Shown here in pieces: positions 20,187 to 29,889 of a DNA stretch of 64,000 nucleotides. Source of the DNA: an uncultured Actinomycetes bacterium. GTDB taxonomy: Bacteria; Actinomycetota; Thermoleophilia; Gaiellales; Gaiellaceae. The notes beneath the pieces were generated by a model that was not told the origin of the DNA, searched no databases, and saw nothing but the letters and a program-made list of their open reading frames with translations. The number at the start of each line of letters is the position of its first letter. Positions within the stretch are counted from its first letter, which is position 1. The stretch covers positions 91,329 to 155,328 of the forward strand of contig CAWGVD010000046.1 in the NCBI GenBank assembly GCA_963825795.1, written 5' to 3'. The translations under genes and the position numbers were made by a program.

Positions 20187-20923
20187 GCGAGCAGCTCCCG
20201 CAGCTCGCGCAGGCTCACGCTCGCTCGCTTGCCGGCCAGCTCGACGCGGTAGAGCGTCGCCGCCAGCGCCAGCATCCCGCCGAGGCAGACGAGGAAGCAC
20301 ACGAGCATCTGCCAGGGCAGGTTCGCTCCCTCGTGCGTGAAGACCGTCGGGTGCAGGATCGTCCCCGCGATCCGAACCGCGAGGAAGCTGACGGGAATCA
20401 GGACGACCCCGAACAGCGCGTAGACGGCGGAGTTTCGCTCCCGCCGCGGTCCGGCCTCGGTCGAGTAGCGGAGCATGAAGTACGACGAGTAGAAGAGGAA
20501 CAGGATCAGGAAGAGCACGAGCTGCCGCTCGCCCCAGGTCCACCACTCGCCCCACGAGATCTTGGCCCAGATCGAGCCTGTGACGAGCGTGAGCAGCCCG
20601 AAGATGACGCCCATGTGCACCGCGGTGTAGCTCTCGAGGTCGTAGCGGCGATCCCCGGTCCAGAGCAGGCGCAGCGCCTTCCACGCGCCCCAGCCGAAGC
20701 ACGCGTACGCCGTCAGCGCGATCGGGACGTGGAGGTAGAAGATCTTCTGGCTGAAGCCCTGGTCCGCGTCCTCGGGCGCCCAGTAGAAGGCGAGCGTGTA
20801 GCCGCCGAGGAGCAGCACCGCGGCCGCCGCAGCGAGAAGTGGGGCCCCGAAGCGCAGCGAGGGCCCCCTCCTGTGTTCATTCAGTGACGACGTACTCAAA
20901 GCTCGCCCAGGAGAGAATCGCAA
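20183..20923 (-). CDS. ccmC: heme exporter protein C
   Basis: CcmC-like multi-TM protein with a W-rich region (ISWGEWWTWGERQ). Confidence 0.7.
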   Translation of the reverse strand: MRFSPGRALSTSSLNEHRRGPSLRFGAPLLAAAAAVLLLGGYTLAFYWAPEDADQGFSQKIFYLHVPIALTAYACFGWGAWKALRLLWTGDRRYDLESYTAVHMGVIFGLLTLVTGSIWAKISWGEWWTWGERQLVLFLILFLFYSSYFMLRYSTEAGPRRERNSAVYALFGVVLIPVSFLAVRIAGTILHPTVFTHEGANLPWQMLVCFLVCLGGMLALAATLYRVELAGKRASVSLRELRELLA

Positions 20924-21518
20924 AAACGGCGTCGTACAGGCCGAGAAAGGCGAGGAAAGTGCCGGGATTCGCGGCGATGCTCGCGCCGACGCCGCCGATC
21001 ACGACCGGAATCGCGAGGGGCAGGAAGAGGAGGGGCAGCAGCAGCTCGCGTGCCCGGCTCGCAGCCGCGATCGCAGCCAGGAGCGTCCCGATCGCCGCGA
21101 TCCCGATGTCCGCCAGCGCCACCGCCGCGACGAGCTCCCAGGACAGCGGGTGGAAGAAGAGCGCGAATGCGGGCAGCGCCACGACCTCGGCCAGGACGAG
21201 GAAGAGCGTGACGCCGATCGTCTTGCCGAGCCAGATCGCGCTCCGGTCGCACGGCGCCAGCACGAGGCCGTCGAGGAGCCCCTGCTCGCGCTCGGCCGCG
21301 AAGGCGCGCGTGAGCCCGAGGAGCGCCGTGAAGACGATCGCGATCCAGAGCAGGCCGGTCTCGGCGCGCTCCGACGAGCCGCTCGGGAGCGCGAAGTGGA
21401 AGATCGTCAGCGCCGAGACGACGAACAGCAGCATCGCCGGCAGCGTGTCCCGCGACCGCAGCTCGAGCAGCAGGTCCTTGCGCGCGAGCGCCGCGACGTC
21501 TCCCGCGTAAGCGCTCAT
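20877..21518 (-). CDS. ccmB: heme exporter protein B
   Basis: 213 aa, 6-TM CcmB-like. Confidence 0.7.
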   Translation of the reverse strand: MSAYAGDVAALARKDLLLELRSRDTLPAMLLFVVSALTIFHFALPSGSSERAETGLLWIAIVFTALLGLTRAFAAEREQGLLDGLVLAPCDRSAIWLGKTIGVTLFLVLAEVVALPAFALFFHPLSWELVAAVALADIGIAAIGTLLAAIAAASRARELLLPLLFLPLAIPVVIGGVGASIAANPGTFLAFLGLYDAVFAILSWASFEYVVTE

Positions 21519-22096
21519 GCGATCGCGAGCCTTGCCGTCGCGCGCGAGGCGAGCGCCTCCGGGTCGTGGGTCGCGACGAGCGCCGTGACGCCGGTCCGCT
21601 CGGCGAGCTCGGCCTGCAGCAGGTCGGCGCCCTCGACGTCGAGCCCGTCGAACGGCTCGTCGAGGAGCAGGAGGTCGGGGTCGTGGAGAAACGTGCGGCA
21701 GAGCGCGAGCCGCTGGAGCATCCCGCGCGAGAACGTCCCGGCCCGCTCGTTCCGAACGCGCCAGAGCCCGAACCGCTCGAGCATCGCACCGGCGCGCTCA
21801 CGCCGCTCGGGCAGTCGGTAGAGGCGGCCGTAGAGGTCGAGGTTCTCCAGCGGCGTCAGCTCCCGGTAGACGAGCGGCTCGTGGGCCAGGAACCCGATCG
21901 CGCCGCGCGGCACGTCGACCTCGAGCTCGCCGCCGGTCGGCGCGAAGAGCCCCGCGCAGAGCCGCAGCAAGGTCGTCTTCCCGGACCCGTTCGGCCCGGT
22001 CACGAGCACGAACCCGCCGCGAGGCACCTCGAGATCGAGCCTCTCGAGGACGCGCTTGTCGCCGAACCGCTTGGAGAGCTTCCGGGCCCGAATCAC
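21515..22096 (-). CDS. ccmA: heme exporter ABC ATPase
   Basis: Walker A (GPNGSGKTT), ABC signature and Walker B (LLLLDEP). Confidence 0.8.
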   Translation of the reverse strand: MIRARKLSKRFGDKRVLERLDLEVPRGGFVLVTGPNGSGKTTLLRLCAGLFAPTGGELEVDVPRGAIGFLAHEPLVYRELTPLENLDLYGRLYRLPERRERAGAMLERFGLWRVRNERAGTFSRGMLQRLALCRTFLHDPDLLLLDEPFDGLDVEGADLLQAELAERTGVTALVATHDPEALASRATARLAIA

Positions 22097-22117
22097 GGCC
22101 CGAGTGTAGTTAGCAAC

Positions 22118-22960
22118 TCAGAAAATCGAATCGAGAAGGACGAACCCGAAGAACGTGACGCTGATGATCCCGTTCATCAGGAAGAACGCGGTGTCGAGCC
22201 GCCGCAGGTCGCCCGGCCGCACGAGCGCGTGCTCGTAGATCAGGAGCGCCGCGACAGCGACGACGCCGAGCCAGTAGAGAACGCCGACGTCGAGCAGGAT
22301 CCCGACCCAGATCAGCAGGCCGATGGTTGCGACGTGCAACACGCGCGCCGCCCAGAACGCGCCCCGTTCTCCGAACCCGGTCGCAACCGACTTCAGACCC
22401 TCGCGCCGGTCGAAGTCGACGTCGAGCAGCGCGTAGAAGCAGTCGAACCCGGCCACCCAGCACGCGACCGCGGCCCCGAGCAGCCAGGCCGCGAGCGGCA
22501 GATGGCCGGTGATCGCAATCCAGGCGCCCATCGGCGCCAGCCCGTCCACGGCGCCGAGCCACAGGTGCGAGATCCACGTGAACCGCTTCAGGTACGGGTA
22601 GATCACGAAGCCGGCGACGGGAATCGGCCACAGCCAGCGGACGATCGGGTCGAGCTGCCAGACGGCGAGCAGGAACACGCCCAGCGAGACCAGGCAGAAG
22701 AGCGCGACCTGCGGCTCGGTCAGCTGGCCGGAAGGAAGCTCCCGGCTCGCGGTCCGCGGGTTCCTCGCGTCGATGCTCGCGTCGATCATCCGGTTGAGCC
22801 CCATCGCGAGCGAGCGGGCGCCGATCATCGCGACCGTGATCCAGAGCAGGTCGTGCGCGGACGGAACGCCGTCCACCGCGAGGAAGGCGCCGACGTACGC
22901 GAACGGCAGCGCGAAGATCGTGTGCTCGAACTTGACGAGCGAGATGAACCGCCTCGGCCT
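22118..22960 (-). CDS. UbiA-family aromatic prenyltransferase (possibly heme O synthase-like)
   Basis: NRMIDASIDARNPRTASRELPSG (D-rich motif). In-frame N-terminus (RRFISLVKFEHTIFALPFAYVGAFLA) runs up to the mogA stop with no canonical start before GTG 22876. Confidence 0.65.
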   Translation of the reverse strand, partial: RPRRFISLVKFEHTIFALPFAYVGAFLAVDGVPSAHDLLWITVAMIGARSLAMGLNRMIDASIDARNPRTASRELPSGQLTEPQVALFCLVSLGVFLLAVWQLDPIVRWLWPIPVAGFVIYPYLKRFTWISHLWLGAVDGLAPMGAWIAITGHLPLAAWLLGAAVACWVAGFDCFYALLDVDFDRREGLKSVATGFGERGAFWAARVLHVATIGLLIWVGILLDVGVLYWLGVVAVAALLIYEHALVRPGDLRRLDTAFFLMNGIISVTFFGFVLLDSIF

Positions 22961-23440
22961 TCACGTCTGCCGGTGCGCGGTCTCCTCGCCCGCGAGCAGC
23001 TCCAGCGCGTGCCGGAGCGCCGGCTGCAGGATCGCGAACCCGTCGCGACACCCGCCGGTCGAGCCGGGCAGGTTGACGACGAGCGTCGTTCCGCGCACTC
23101 CTGCGATTCCCCGCGAAAGCAATGCATGCGGAGTCTTGTCGATCGAGTCGGCGCGCATCGCCTCTGCGATCCCCGGAACCATGCGCTCGAGGACGCTCGC
23201 CGTCGCCTCGGGCGTCACGTCGCGCGGGGCGATTCCTGTGCCGCCCGTCGTCAGGACGAGCCTCGCCTCGTCCGCCAGCTCCTCGATCGCCTCGGCGATC
23301 GCGTTTCGCTCGTCGGGCACCACGCGCCGAACGACCTCGAAGCCTTCGGCGACGAGCAGCTCCTCGAGCAGGTCGCCGCTCGCGTCCTCGCGCGTCCCCA
23401 TGTCGACGCCGTCGGAGACCGTCAGGACCGCAGCCTTCAC
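22961..23440 (-). CDS. mogA: molybdenum cofactor biosynthesis protein MogA/MoaB
   Basis: 159 aa. GGTG (TTGGTG) motif. Confidence 0.75.
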   Translation of the reverse strand: MKAAVLTVSDGVDMGTREDASGDLLEELLVAEGFEVVRRVVPDERNAIAEAIEELADEARLVLTTGGTGIAPRDVTPEATASVLERMVPGIAEAMRADSIDKTPHALLSRGIAGVRGTTLVVNLPGSTGGCRDGFAILQPALRHALELLAGEETAHRQT

Positions 23441-23883
23441 GCGGGCTCCTTCGTCTTCTCGACCAACCGAACCTCCGAGAGCTCCATGCCGTCGTCCACG
23501 GCCTTCGCCATGTCATAGACGGTGAGCGCCGCAACGGTCGCCGCGACGAGCGCCTCCATCTCGACCCCGGTCTGCGCGGTCGTCTCTGCAGACGCCGTGA
23601 TCTCGACGGCAGCCTCGGCAACCGACAGCTCGACGTCGACGTGCGTCAGAGGAAGCGGATGGCAGAGCGGAATCAGCTCGCTCGTCCGCTTCGCCGCCAT
23701 GATCCCGGCCAGCTGCGCCGCCGCGAGCGCGTCGCCCTTCGGCAGCTCCCGTAGGCGCCTCGCGGTCTCGGGAGCCATGCGCAGGCTCGCCCGGGCAACT
23801 GCTCGCCGCCGCGAGACCTCCTTCCCGCCCACGTCGACCATGTGCACGCGGCCCGACTCGTCGACGTGCGAAAAATCGCTCAC
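23437..23883 (-). CDS. moaC: cyclic pyranopterin monophosphate synthase accessory protein
   Basis: 148 aa. IPLCHPLPLT motif. GTG start abuts the otsA stop. Confidence 0.8.
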   Translation of the reverse strand: MSDFSHVDESGRVHMVDVGGKEVSRRRAVARASLRMAPETARRLRELPKGDALAAAQLAGIMAAKRTSELIPLCHPLPLTHVDVELSVAEAAVEITASAETTAQTGVEMEALVAATVAALTVYDMAKAVDDGMELSEVRLVEKTKEPA

Positions 23884-25352
23884 CGAGCCGCCTTCGCCGA
23901 CCAACGATCGAGATCCTCGAGCTGCGTCTCCAGCCAGGCGCCCACGTCGTGCGCGCGGACGTACTCGCGAATCGCCTCCAGCCGCGCGCGCCGCTCTTCG
24001 CGATCCATGTCGATCGCCGCGTGAATCGCCTGCGCCTGCTCCTCGAGGTCGAACGGGTTCACGGACAACGCCCACGGCCCCAGCTCCTCGTGCGCGCCTG
24101 CGTTCTCCGAGAGGATCAGCACGCCGTCGCGCTCGTTGACGAGCGGCGCCTCCTTCGCGATGAGGTTCAGCCCGTCGTAGATCGCGTTCACGAGGAGGAC
24201 GTCGTACTGCTTGTACGCGGCCACCGAGAGCGGGAAGTTGTCCTCGATCCGCAGGTCGACCGGAACCCAGCCGTTCCGCTGGAAGCGGTCGTTGACCATC
24301 CGCGCCGCGCGCTGGATCGCGCCCAGGTACTCGGCGTACTCCGGAATGTCCTGGCGGGACGGGTCGAGGAGCGCCAGCATCCCGACGCGGCCGTGCATCT
24401 CGGGATGGGCATCGAGGTAGAACTCGAACGCCCGGAAGCCGCGGACGACGTTCTTCGACGGGTCGGTCCGGTCGACGCGGAGGATCAGGAACTCGGGGCG
24501 GCGCGACTCGAGCTCCGCCTCGAGGCGAAGCACCGGCTCGCTCTCGGCGAGCTCCTCGAACTCGGACGGGTCGACCGAGATCGGCCGCGCGGCGACAAAG
24601 GTCCTCCCGCCGCGCCACGAGCAGATGCTCGAGTCGAAGTCGCACTCGACCTCGAGCAGGTCACGGCTCGAGCGCAGGAAGCTCCGGCGCCAGCGATTGG
24701 CGTGGAAGCCGACGACGTCGTTCGCGAGCAGCCCGTCGTGGATTGCGCGCCGGATCTGATCGGGTAGCACACGCCAGAGGTTGGGCTCCGGCCACGGGAT
24801 GTGCACGAAGTGGCCGAGGGAGGCGTCAGGCCGCGCGTCGCGGACGAACCGCGGCGCGAGATACAGGTGATAGTCGTGGAAGAAGACGGATGCGTCGGGC
24901 TGAGCGTCGAGCTCGATCAGAACGGCGTCGGCGAACGCCTGGTTGACGGGGACGTACCCGTCGTCCCAGGCGTGATGGAGCCCCCGGTCGATGTCCGGCG
25001 CGTAGGCGAGCGCCCACAGGTAGTGCTGCAAGAACCAGAGCGTCGGGTTCGCGACGACGTTGTAGTACCAGTCGTACGCAGCCGGATCGTGCGAGACGAG
25101 CCGCAGCCGGTACGAAGAGCCGTCGCGCGCGATCTCCTCGATCGCGTCGCCGCCGGCCTCCTCGGCGACCGTCCGGTCCTCGTCGGTCATCGCGCTCGCG
25201 ATCCAGGTCACGTCGTGGTGCGCGACCAGGCTGCGCAGCGCCGTCACCAGCCCGCCGCCCCCGCGGCGAGCCACACGGTTCCCGTCCTCGTCGCGCGTGA
25301 ACGAGACCGGGCCGCGGTTGGAGACGACGATCAGCTTCCGGCGGGCCGCCAT
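23880..25352 (-). CDS. otsA: trehalose-6-phosphate synthase (GT20)
   Basis: 490 aa. LIVVSNRGPV N-terminus. Confidence 0.85.
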   Translation of the reverse strand: MAARRKLIVVSNRGPVSFTRDEDGNRVARRGGGGLVTALRSLVAHHDVTWIASAMTDEDRTVAEEAGGDAIEEIARDGSSYRLRLVSHDPAAYDWYYNVVANPTLWFLQHYLWALAYAPDIDRGLHHAWDDGYVPVNQAFADAVLIELDAQPDASVFFHDYHLYLAPRFVRDARPDASLGHFVHIPWPEPNLWRVLPDQIRRAIHDGLLANDVVGFHANRWRRSFLRSSRDLLEVECDFDSSICSWRGGRTFVAARPISVDPSEFEELAESEPVLRLEAELESRRPEFLILRVDRTDPSKNVVRGFRAFEFYLDAHPEMHGRVGMLALLDPSRQDIPEYAEYLGAIQRAARMVNDRFQRNGWVPVDLRIEDNFPLSVAAYKQYDVLLVNAIYDGLNLIAKEAPLVNERDGVLILSENAGAHEELGPWALSVNPFDLEEQAQAIHAAIDMDREERRARLEAIREYVRAHDVGAWLETQLEDLDRWSAKAAR

Positions 25353-25368
25353 CGGCCCGGAGACTACG

Positions 25369-26646
25369 TCACGCAGCCGCGACGGTTTCGAGCGCCGTCT
25401 CGCCGAGATCGTTCCCGGCGAGCTGGTTGAAGAGCGCGAGCCAGTCGCGCAGCAGCCGCGGCATCAGGAACCGCTCTCGCACGTCTTCCTTTCCGCGCCG
25501 GCCCCGAACCGCCACGCCGACCGGATCGTCGAGGATCTCGCGGCAGGCGTCGGCGCACTCTTCGGACGAATCGACCAGCCAACCGGTCTCGCCGTCCTTG
25601 ATCTGGGCGCGGATGCCGCCCGCACGCCCGCCGATCGTCGGCCTCGCCTTCCAGAGCGCCTCGGTCACGGTCAGGCCGAACCCTTCACGGATCGACTTCT
25701 GGATCACAGCCGCGGAGTGCACCTGGAACGCGTTCACCTCGACGGAGCCGATGTTGTTCAGGTTGCTGAGGATGAAGATGTCCGGGTCGCCGGCGGCATG
25801 CGCAACCGTGCGGTTGTAGTAGTCCCAGCCCTCCGGGTCGTCGTGCGCCATCGAGCCGACGAGGGCGAGCTGCACGTTCGGGTGCGTCTGGCGGACCAGG
25901 CGGTACGCGTCGATCACGCCGAGCGGGTCCTTCCACGGGTCGAAGCGCGAGATCTGCGTGAGGAGCGGGCGTTCGAGGTGGATCCCGAACTGGTCGACGA
26001 CGTACGCCCCGTCCTCGGCCGACAGCGCCATGTTCTTCGGCGTCAGCGGGTCGATCGCCGGCGGCCAGATCACTGCCTGCCTGAGCGCCACATGGCGCGG
26101 CACGTACTCGGGCATGTGGAAGATCGCCGCCTCGTAGCGCTCGAGCGACGGCCCGAGGAACCCGAGCACGTCCAGGTTCGGCGTCGAGAGGTCGATGTGA
26201 CAGCGCCAGATCCAGTGCGCGTCCGAATCCGGGAAGTGGTCGATCATCGCCGCCGGCTGCGGGTCGTGGACGATGACGTAGTCGTAGTCGTCCTCGAACT
26301 CCTCTGCGTTCAGCGCGTTGTAACGCCGGAACGTCGCCTCCTGCTGCTTCGTGAGCCCGTGCGGGTCGCCCTGGAGCGCGTTGTGGATCGTCTTCGTCAC
26401 GCCGAAGAACTCGTCGGCCCCCTGGATGATCCGCCACTCCACGTCCAGTCCCACGTCCGCCATCAACGGCACGAGCGCGTAGTTGATCTCGGCGACGCCG
26501 CCGCCGAAGGCGGTTGCCGACAGGTGGACGATCCGCTTCCCCTGCAGCGGTTCGGCGAGCCGTCGGATCTCCGTCATCAGACCGCGCGACGCGAGCGACG
26601 CGTAGTCCGCCAGAGACTTATGTCCGACGTTGACGAGTTGGAGCAT
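25369..26646 (-). CDS. treT: trehalose synthase TreT-like GT4 glycosyltransferase
   Basis: 425 aa. ATAFGGGVAEINYALVPL...FFGVTKTIHNALQG matches the TreT N-terminal signature. Confidence 0.65.
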   Translation of the reverse strand: MLQLVNVGHKSLADYASLASRGLMTEIRRLAEPLQGKRIVHLSATAFGGGVAEINYALVPLMADVGLDVEWRIIQGADEFFGVTKTIHNALQGDPHGLTKQQEATFRRYNALNAEEFEDDYDYVIVHDPQPAAMIDHFPDSDAHWIWRCHIDLSTPNLDVLGFLGPSLERYEAAIFHMPEYVPRHVALRQAVIWPPAIDPLTPKNMALSAEDGAYVVDQFGIHLERPLLTQISRFDPWKDPLGVIDAYRLVRQTHPNVQLALVGSMAHDDPEGWDYYNRTVAHAAGDPDIFILSNLNNIGSVEVNAFQVHSAAVIQKSIREGFGLTVTEALWKARPTIGGRAGGIRAQIKDGETGWLVDSSEECADACREILDDPVGVAVRGRRGKEDVRERFLMPRLLRDWLALFNQLAGNDLGETALETVAAA

Positions 26647-26709
26647 CGGCGGTTCCCGAGGGGTTCAGCACGATACCCCCGCATCCTGCACGAGGAGCGC
26701 GCTTGGCGG

Positions 26710-27153
26710 CTACTCCTCCAGAAATTTCACGAAGCGGAGACGCGACCCGCTGCCATCCGCCTGCTTGCCCGCCACGAACTCGTCCGAGACCGCTCTGATG
26801 ATCGCGATCCCGAGCCCGCCCTCGGCGAGACCGTCCCCCATCGGCCGGTCCCCGGCGGCGTCGAACCCGGGGCCGTCGTCCGCAACCTCGACCACGAGCC
26901 GGTCGGGTTGGAGCTCGTACACGACCTCGACGATGCCGTCGCCCTCGTTGTAGCCGTGGCGCACGGAGTTGGTGCACGCCTCGGTCACAGCCAGCTTCAT
27001 GTCCCCGAGCGCCTCCTCGCCAAGTGGGCGCAGACCCGAAAGCCCGCTCAGCGCAAGGCGCGCGAGGCTGATGTATTCGGCCTTCGCCGGAATCGTCAGT
27101 CGAACGGTCGGACCGCCCGGATCGACCGCAGGTTGACCTTGCACAGACATCAC
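26710..27153 (-). CDS. anti-sigma regulatory factor / Ser-protein kinase (RsbW/SpoIIAB-like HATPase)
   Basis: 147 aa. E..TN..RHG and DDGPGF motifs. Confidence 0.6.
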   Translation of the reverse strand: MMSVQGQPAVDPGGPTVRLTIPAKAEYISLARLALSGLSGLRPLGEEALGDMKLAVTEACTNSVRHGYNEGDGIVEVVYELQPDRLVVEVADDGPGFDAAGDRPMGDGLAEGGLGIAIIRAVSDEFVAGKQADGSGSRLRFVKFLEE

Positions 27154-27201
27154 CTCGTACCCTCTTCGTACCCCGGGAGCGGCTTCCGTAACGTCATGCG
27201 C

Positions 27202-28420
27202 TCAGGGGCTCGTGTCCGCACTGGGTCGGGCACCGAGCTTCGCGATCAGCGTCTTGCGCTCCTGGCCCCGGACGACCGTGAGCCTGACCGTCTCGCCCGG
27301 AAGCCTCGAGCCGATGTCGCGCACGACCTGGTCTGCACTGCGCACCGGATGCCCGTTGACCGCGACGATCACGTCCCCGCCGGTGGTCACGTCCAGCCCG
27401 TTGACGCTCTGCTCGTCGTTGCCGCCCTCGATGCCGGCGTGGTCGGCCGGGCTGCCGCCTCGCACCTCACCGACCATCGCACCGCGGCTCACCGCGTAAC
27501 CGAGGTGCCGCGCGAGCGTGGGCGTCAGATCCTCGGTCGTCACTCCGAGGAAGGCGTATACGACCTTGCCCGTCGCGATCAGCTGACCCATCGACCGTTT
27601 GGCGGCGTTGATCGGAACGGCGAAGCCGACCCCTTCGGCGCCGCCCGAGTCGCTGCGGATCTGCGCGTTGATCCCGATCACGCGCCCGCGTGCGTCGAAC
27701 AGCGGGCCGCCCGAGTTCCCGTGCGTAATCGGCGCATCGGTCTGGATCGCATCGACGACCTTGTACGACGAGGTCAGTGAGCCGATCGAGCGGTGGATCG
27801 CAGAGACGACGCCGACCGCGATCGAGTCCTCGTTGCCGAACGGGCTCCCCATCGCCGCGGCGGGATCGCCCGGGCGCACCCGCGACGAGTCGCCGAGCGG
27901 CACGGTCACGAGCGGGTGCGCCGCCGGATCGACCTTGAGCAGCGCCACGTCGTCGTACCCGTCCCAGCCGACGATCTTCGCCTTGACGCGGTCTTCGTCC
28001 TTGAAGGCGATGAAGACCTCGTGCGCCTCGCTCGGGTGCGCCGACTCCGACGTCCGTGACCACGTGCGCGCTCGTCAGGATGTAGCCGCTCGGCGTGACG
28101 ACGAAGCCGGAGCCTTGCGCCTCCTGCGCGTCTGCGTTGTCGAAGAACGCGAAGACCGTGACGACGCCGGGCGAGCGGGCCGTGTAGATGCGCGACGGGG
28201 TGAAGCCCTTACCGCCGAGCGGCGTCGCGCGCACGATCGGCTCGTTCTTGCTCGCACCGAGCTCGCTCGCAGTCGTGGGCACGTAGACGGTGGTCGTCTT
28301 GCGGTCCGTCAGCCCGGTCGCCGTGGCGACAAGCAGAGCGACGACGCCTCCCAGCACCGCGGCTGCGAGCGCGACGACGGCGATCGTTGGGCCCCGGCGC
28401 ACGGGCCGAACTGTAGCCAC
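27202..28420 (-). CDS. htrA: HtrA/DegP-family trypsin-like serine protease with PDZ domain (frameshift near 27970)
   Basis: N-terminus TM...HVVTD (27467..28420 frame). Then DVALLKVD...GNSGGPL...PDZ (27202..27948 frame). Confidence 0.75.
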
Positions 28421-28456
28421 CTGGGCTCCGTCCGCTCCGTTGTCTATCTTGACAAC

Positions 28457-29889
28457 CTACTCGATCGCCGGAGAGGAGGTGCTGGATGCCGCAGGAAGCC
28501 AGAACGTGAACACGGTCCGACCGGGCTCGGAGGAGAGCTCGATCTCGCCCTGCATCGCGACGGCGAGCTCGCGCGCGATCGCGAGGCCGAGGCCGCTGCC
28601 CGACGCGCGGCCGCCGGTGTCGCCGCGGTAGAAGCGCTCGAAGACCTGGACCGCCGCGGTCTCGGAGATGCCTGGACCGTCGTCCTCGACGCTGAGCGCG
28701 ACGCGGTCGCCGTTCCGGCTCGCGCTCACGAGCACGTGCGTGCCGGCCGGCGTGTGGCGCAGGGCGTTCTCGACGAGCGCACGGCCGACCTGGAGGATCC
28801 GCTGCTGGTCGCCGAGGCCCGTGGCGCTGCCGTCGACGCCGTCCCGCGACAGGTCGTGTCCCGTCCCCTGGGCGCGCGAGTCGAACTCGTCGAGCAGGAG
28901 CTCGGTGACCTGGGCGAGGTCGACCGGGTCGCGGTCGACCCGCAGGCGGCCGGCGTCCAGTCGGGAGAGGTCGAGCAGCTCGCCGGCGAGCTTCGTCAGC
29001 CGATCGACCTGCTCGCGCATGCGCCCGAGGAACTCGCGCGTGGTCGCCTCGTCCAGATCCTCCTCGACGAGGAGCTCGAGATGACCGCCGAGCGAGAAGA
29101 GCGGCGTCCGGAGCTCGTGCGAGGCGTTGGCGATGAACTCACGGCGTGCGTGCTCGAGCCCCGCGAGGCGCTGGCGCATGCGCTCGAAGGCGCGAGCGAG
29201 CTGGCCGAGCTCGTCCGGGCTCGTATCGACGATCGGCTCGTCGAACTTCCCGTTCGCGATCCGTTCGGCCGCCTGCTCGAGACGGCGGATCCGCCGCGCG
29301 AAGAGCCGCGCGCCGCGCATAGCCGAGCAAGCAACGCGGCGACAAGAGCGAAGAGAGCCGAAATGAACAGGCGATGCTTGACGAGCGCGACGCTCCCGAG
29401 CGAGTCCTCGATCGAGTTCGAGACGAGAACGACGTAGTTGCCGTCCGCCGAGTCGGCTGCGCAGCCTCCGCGTACTTGCGGCTCGCCTCGAGTCACGACC
29501 CCGCGCGACGGAGTCGAGCGACGTGGCCGCACGCATCGCGACCGGGTCGTCGTCGATGCCGCACGACGTGCGCCGCCTCCCGCGTCGGCGACGTCGAGCA
29601 GCGAGCAAGCGGCGCGCGGTTGGCGACGTCGAAGATCGTCACGCGCGTGTTCGAGGCGGAGGCAAAGCTGGCGCGCAAGCTGCGTCCGGTGGGCGCGACC
29701 GCGTCGGCGTGCCAGCTGCGCGGCGACGCGCCTCGGCGATCGTCTGCCACCTGGTCCTTGCCGCGAGTTGACGAGCCGGTCCTCGAGCGACGGGATCACG
29801 ATCAGGTAGACGAACGGCGAGCACCGCGGCGACGACGAGCGAGAAGCGCCAGACGCAAGGCGAGCGCCGACTGTGCGGAAGTGCCTCAT
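28457..29889 (-). CDS. sensor histidine kinase (HAMP-HisKA-HATPase), N-terminal sensor in another frame
   Basis: H-box SHELRTPL, and N, D/G-box. The upstream TM/sensor piece lies in the 28996..29889 frame. Confidence 0.7.

Noticed and set aside
22110-23621. 503-aa minus-strand ORF and many other Arg/Ala/Pro-rich ORFs antisense to real genes (for example 36889..39273, 24801..25430, 1578..2246)
   Set aside because: They show no homology-like motifs and extreme low complexity, and they always shadow a convincing gene on the other strand. They are GC-content artefacts.
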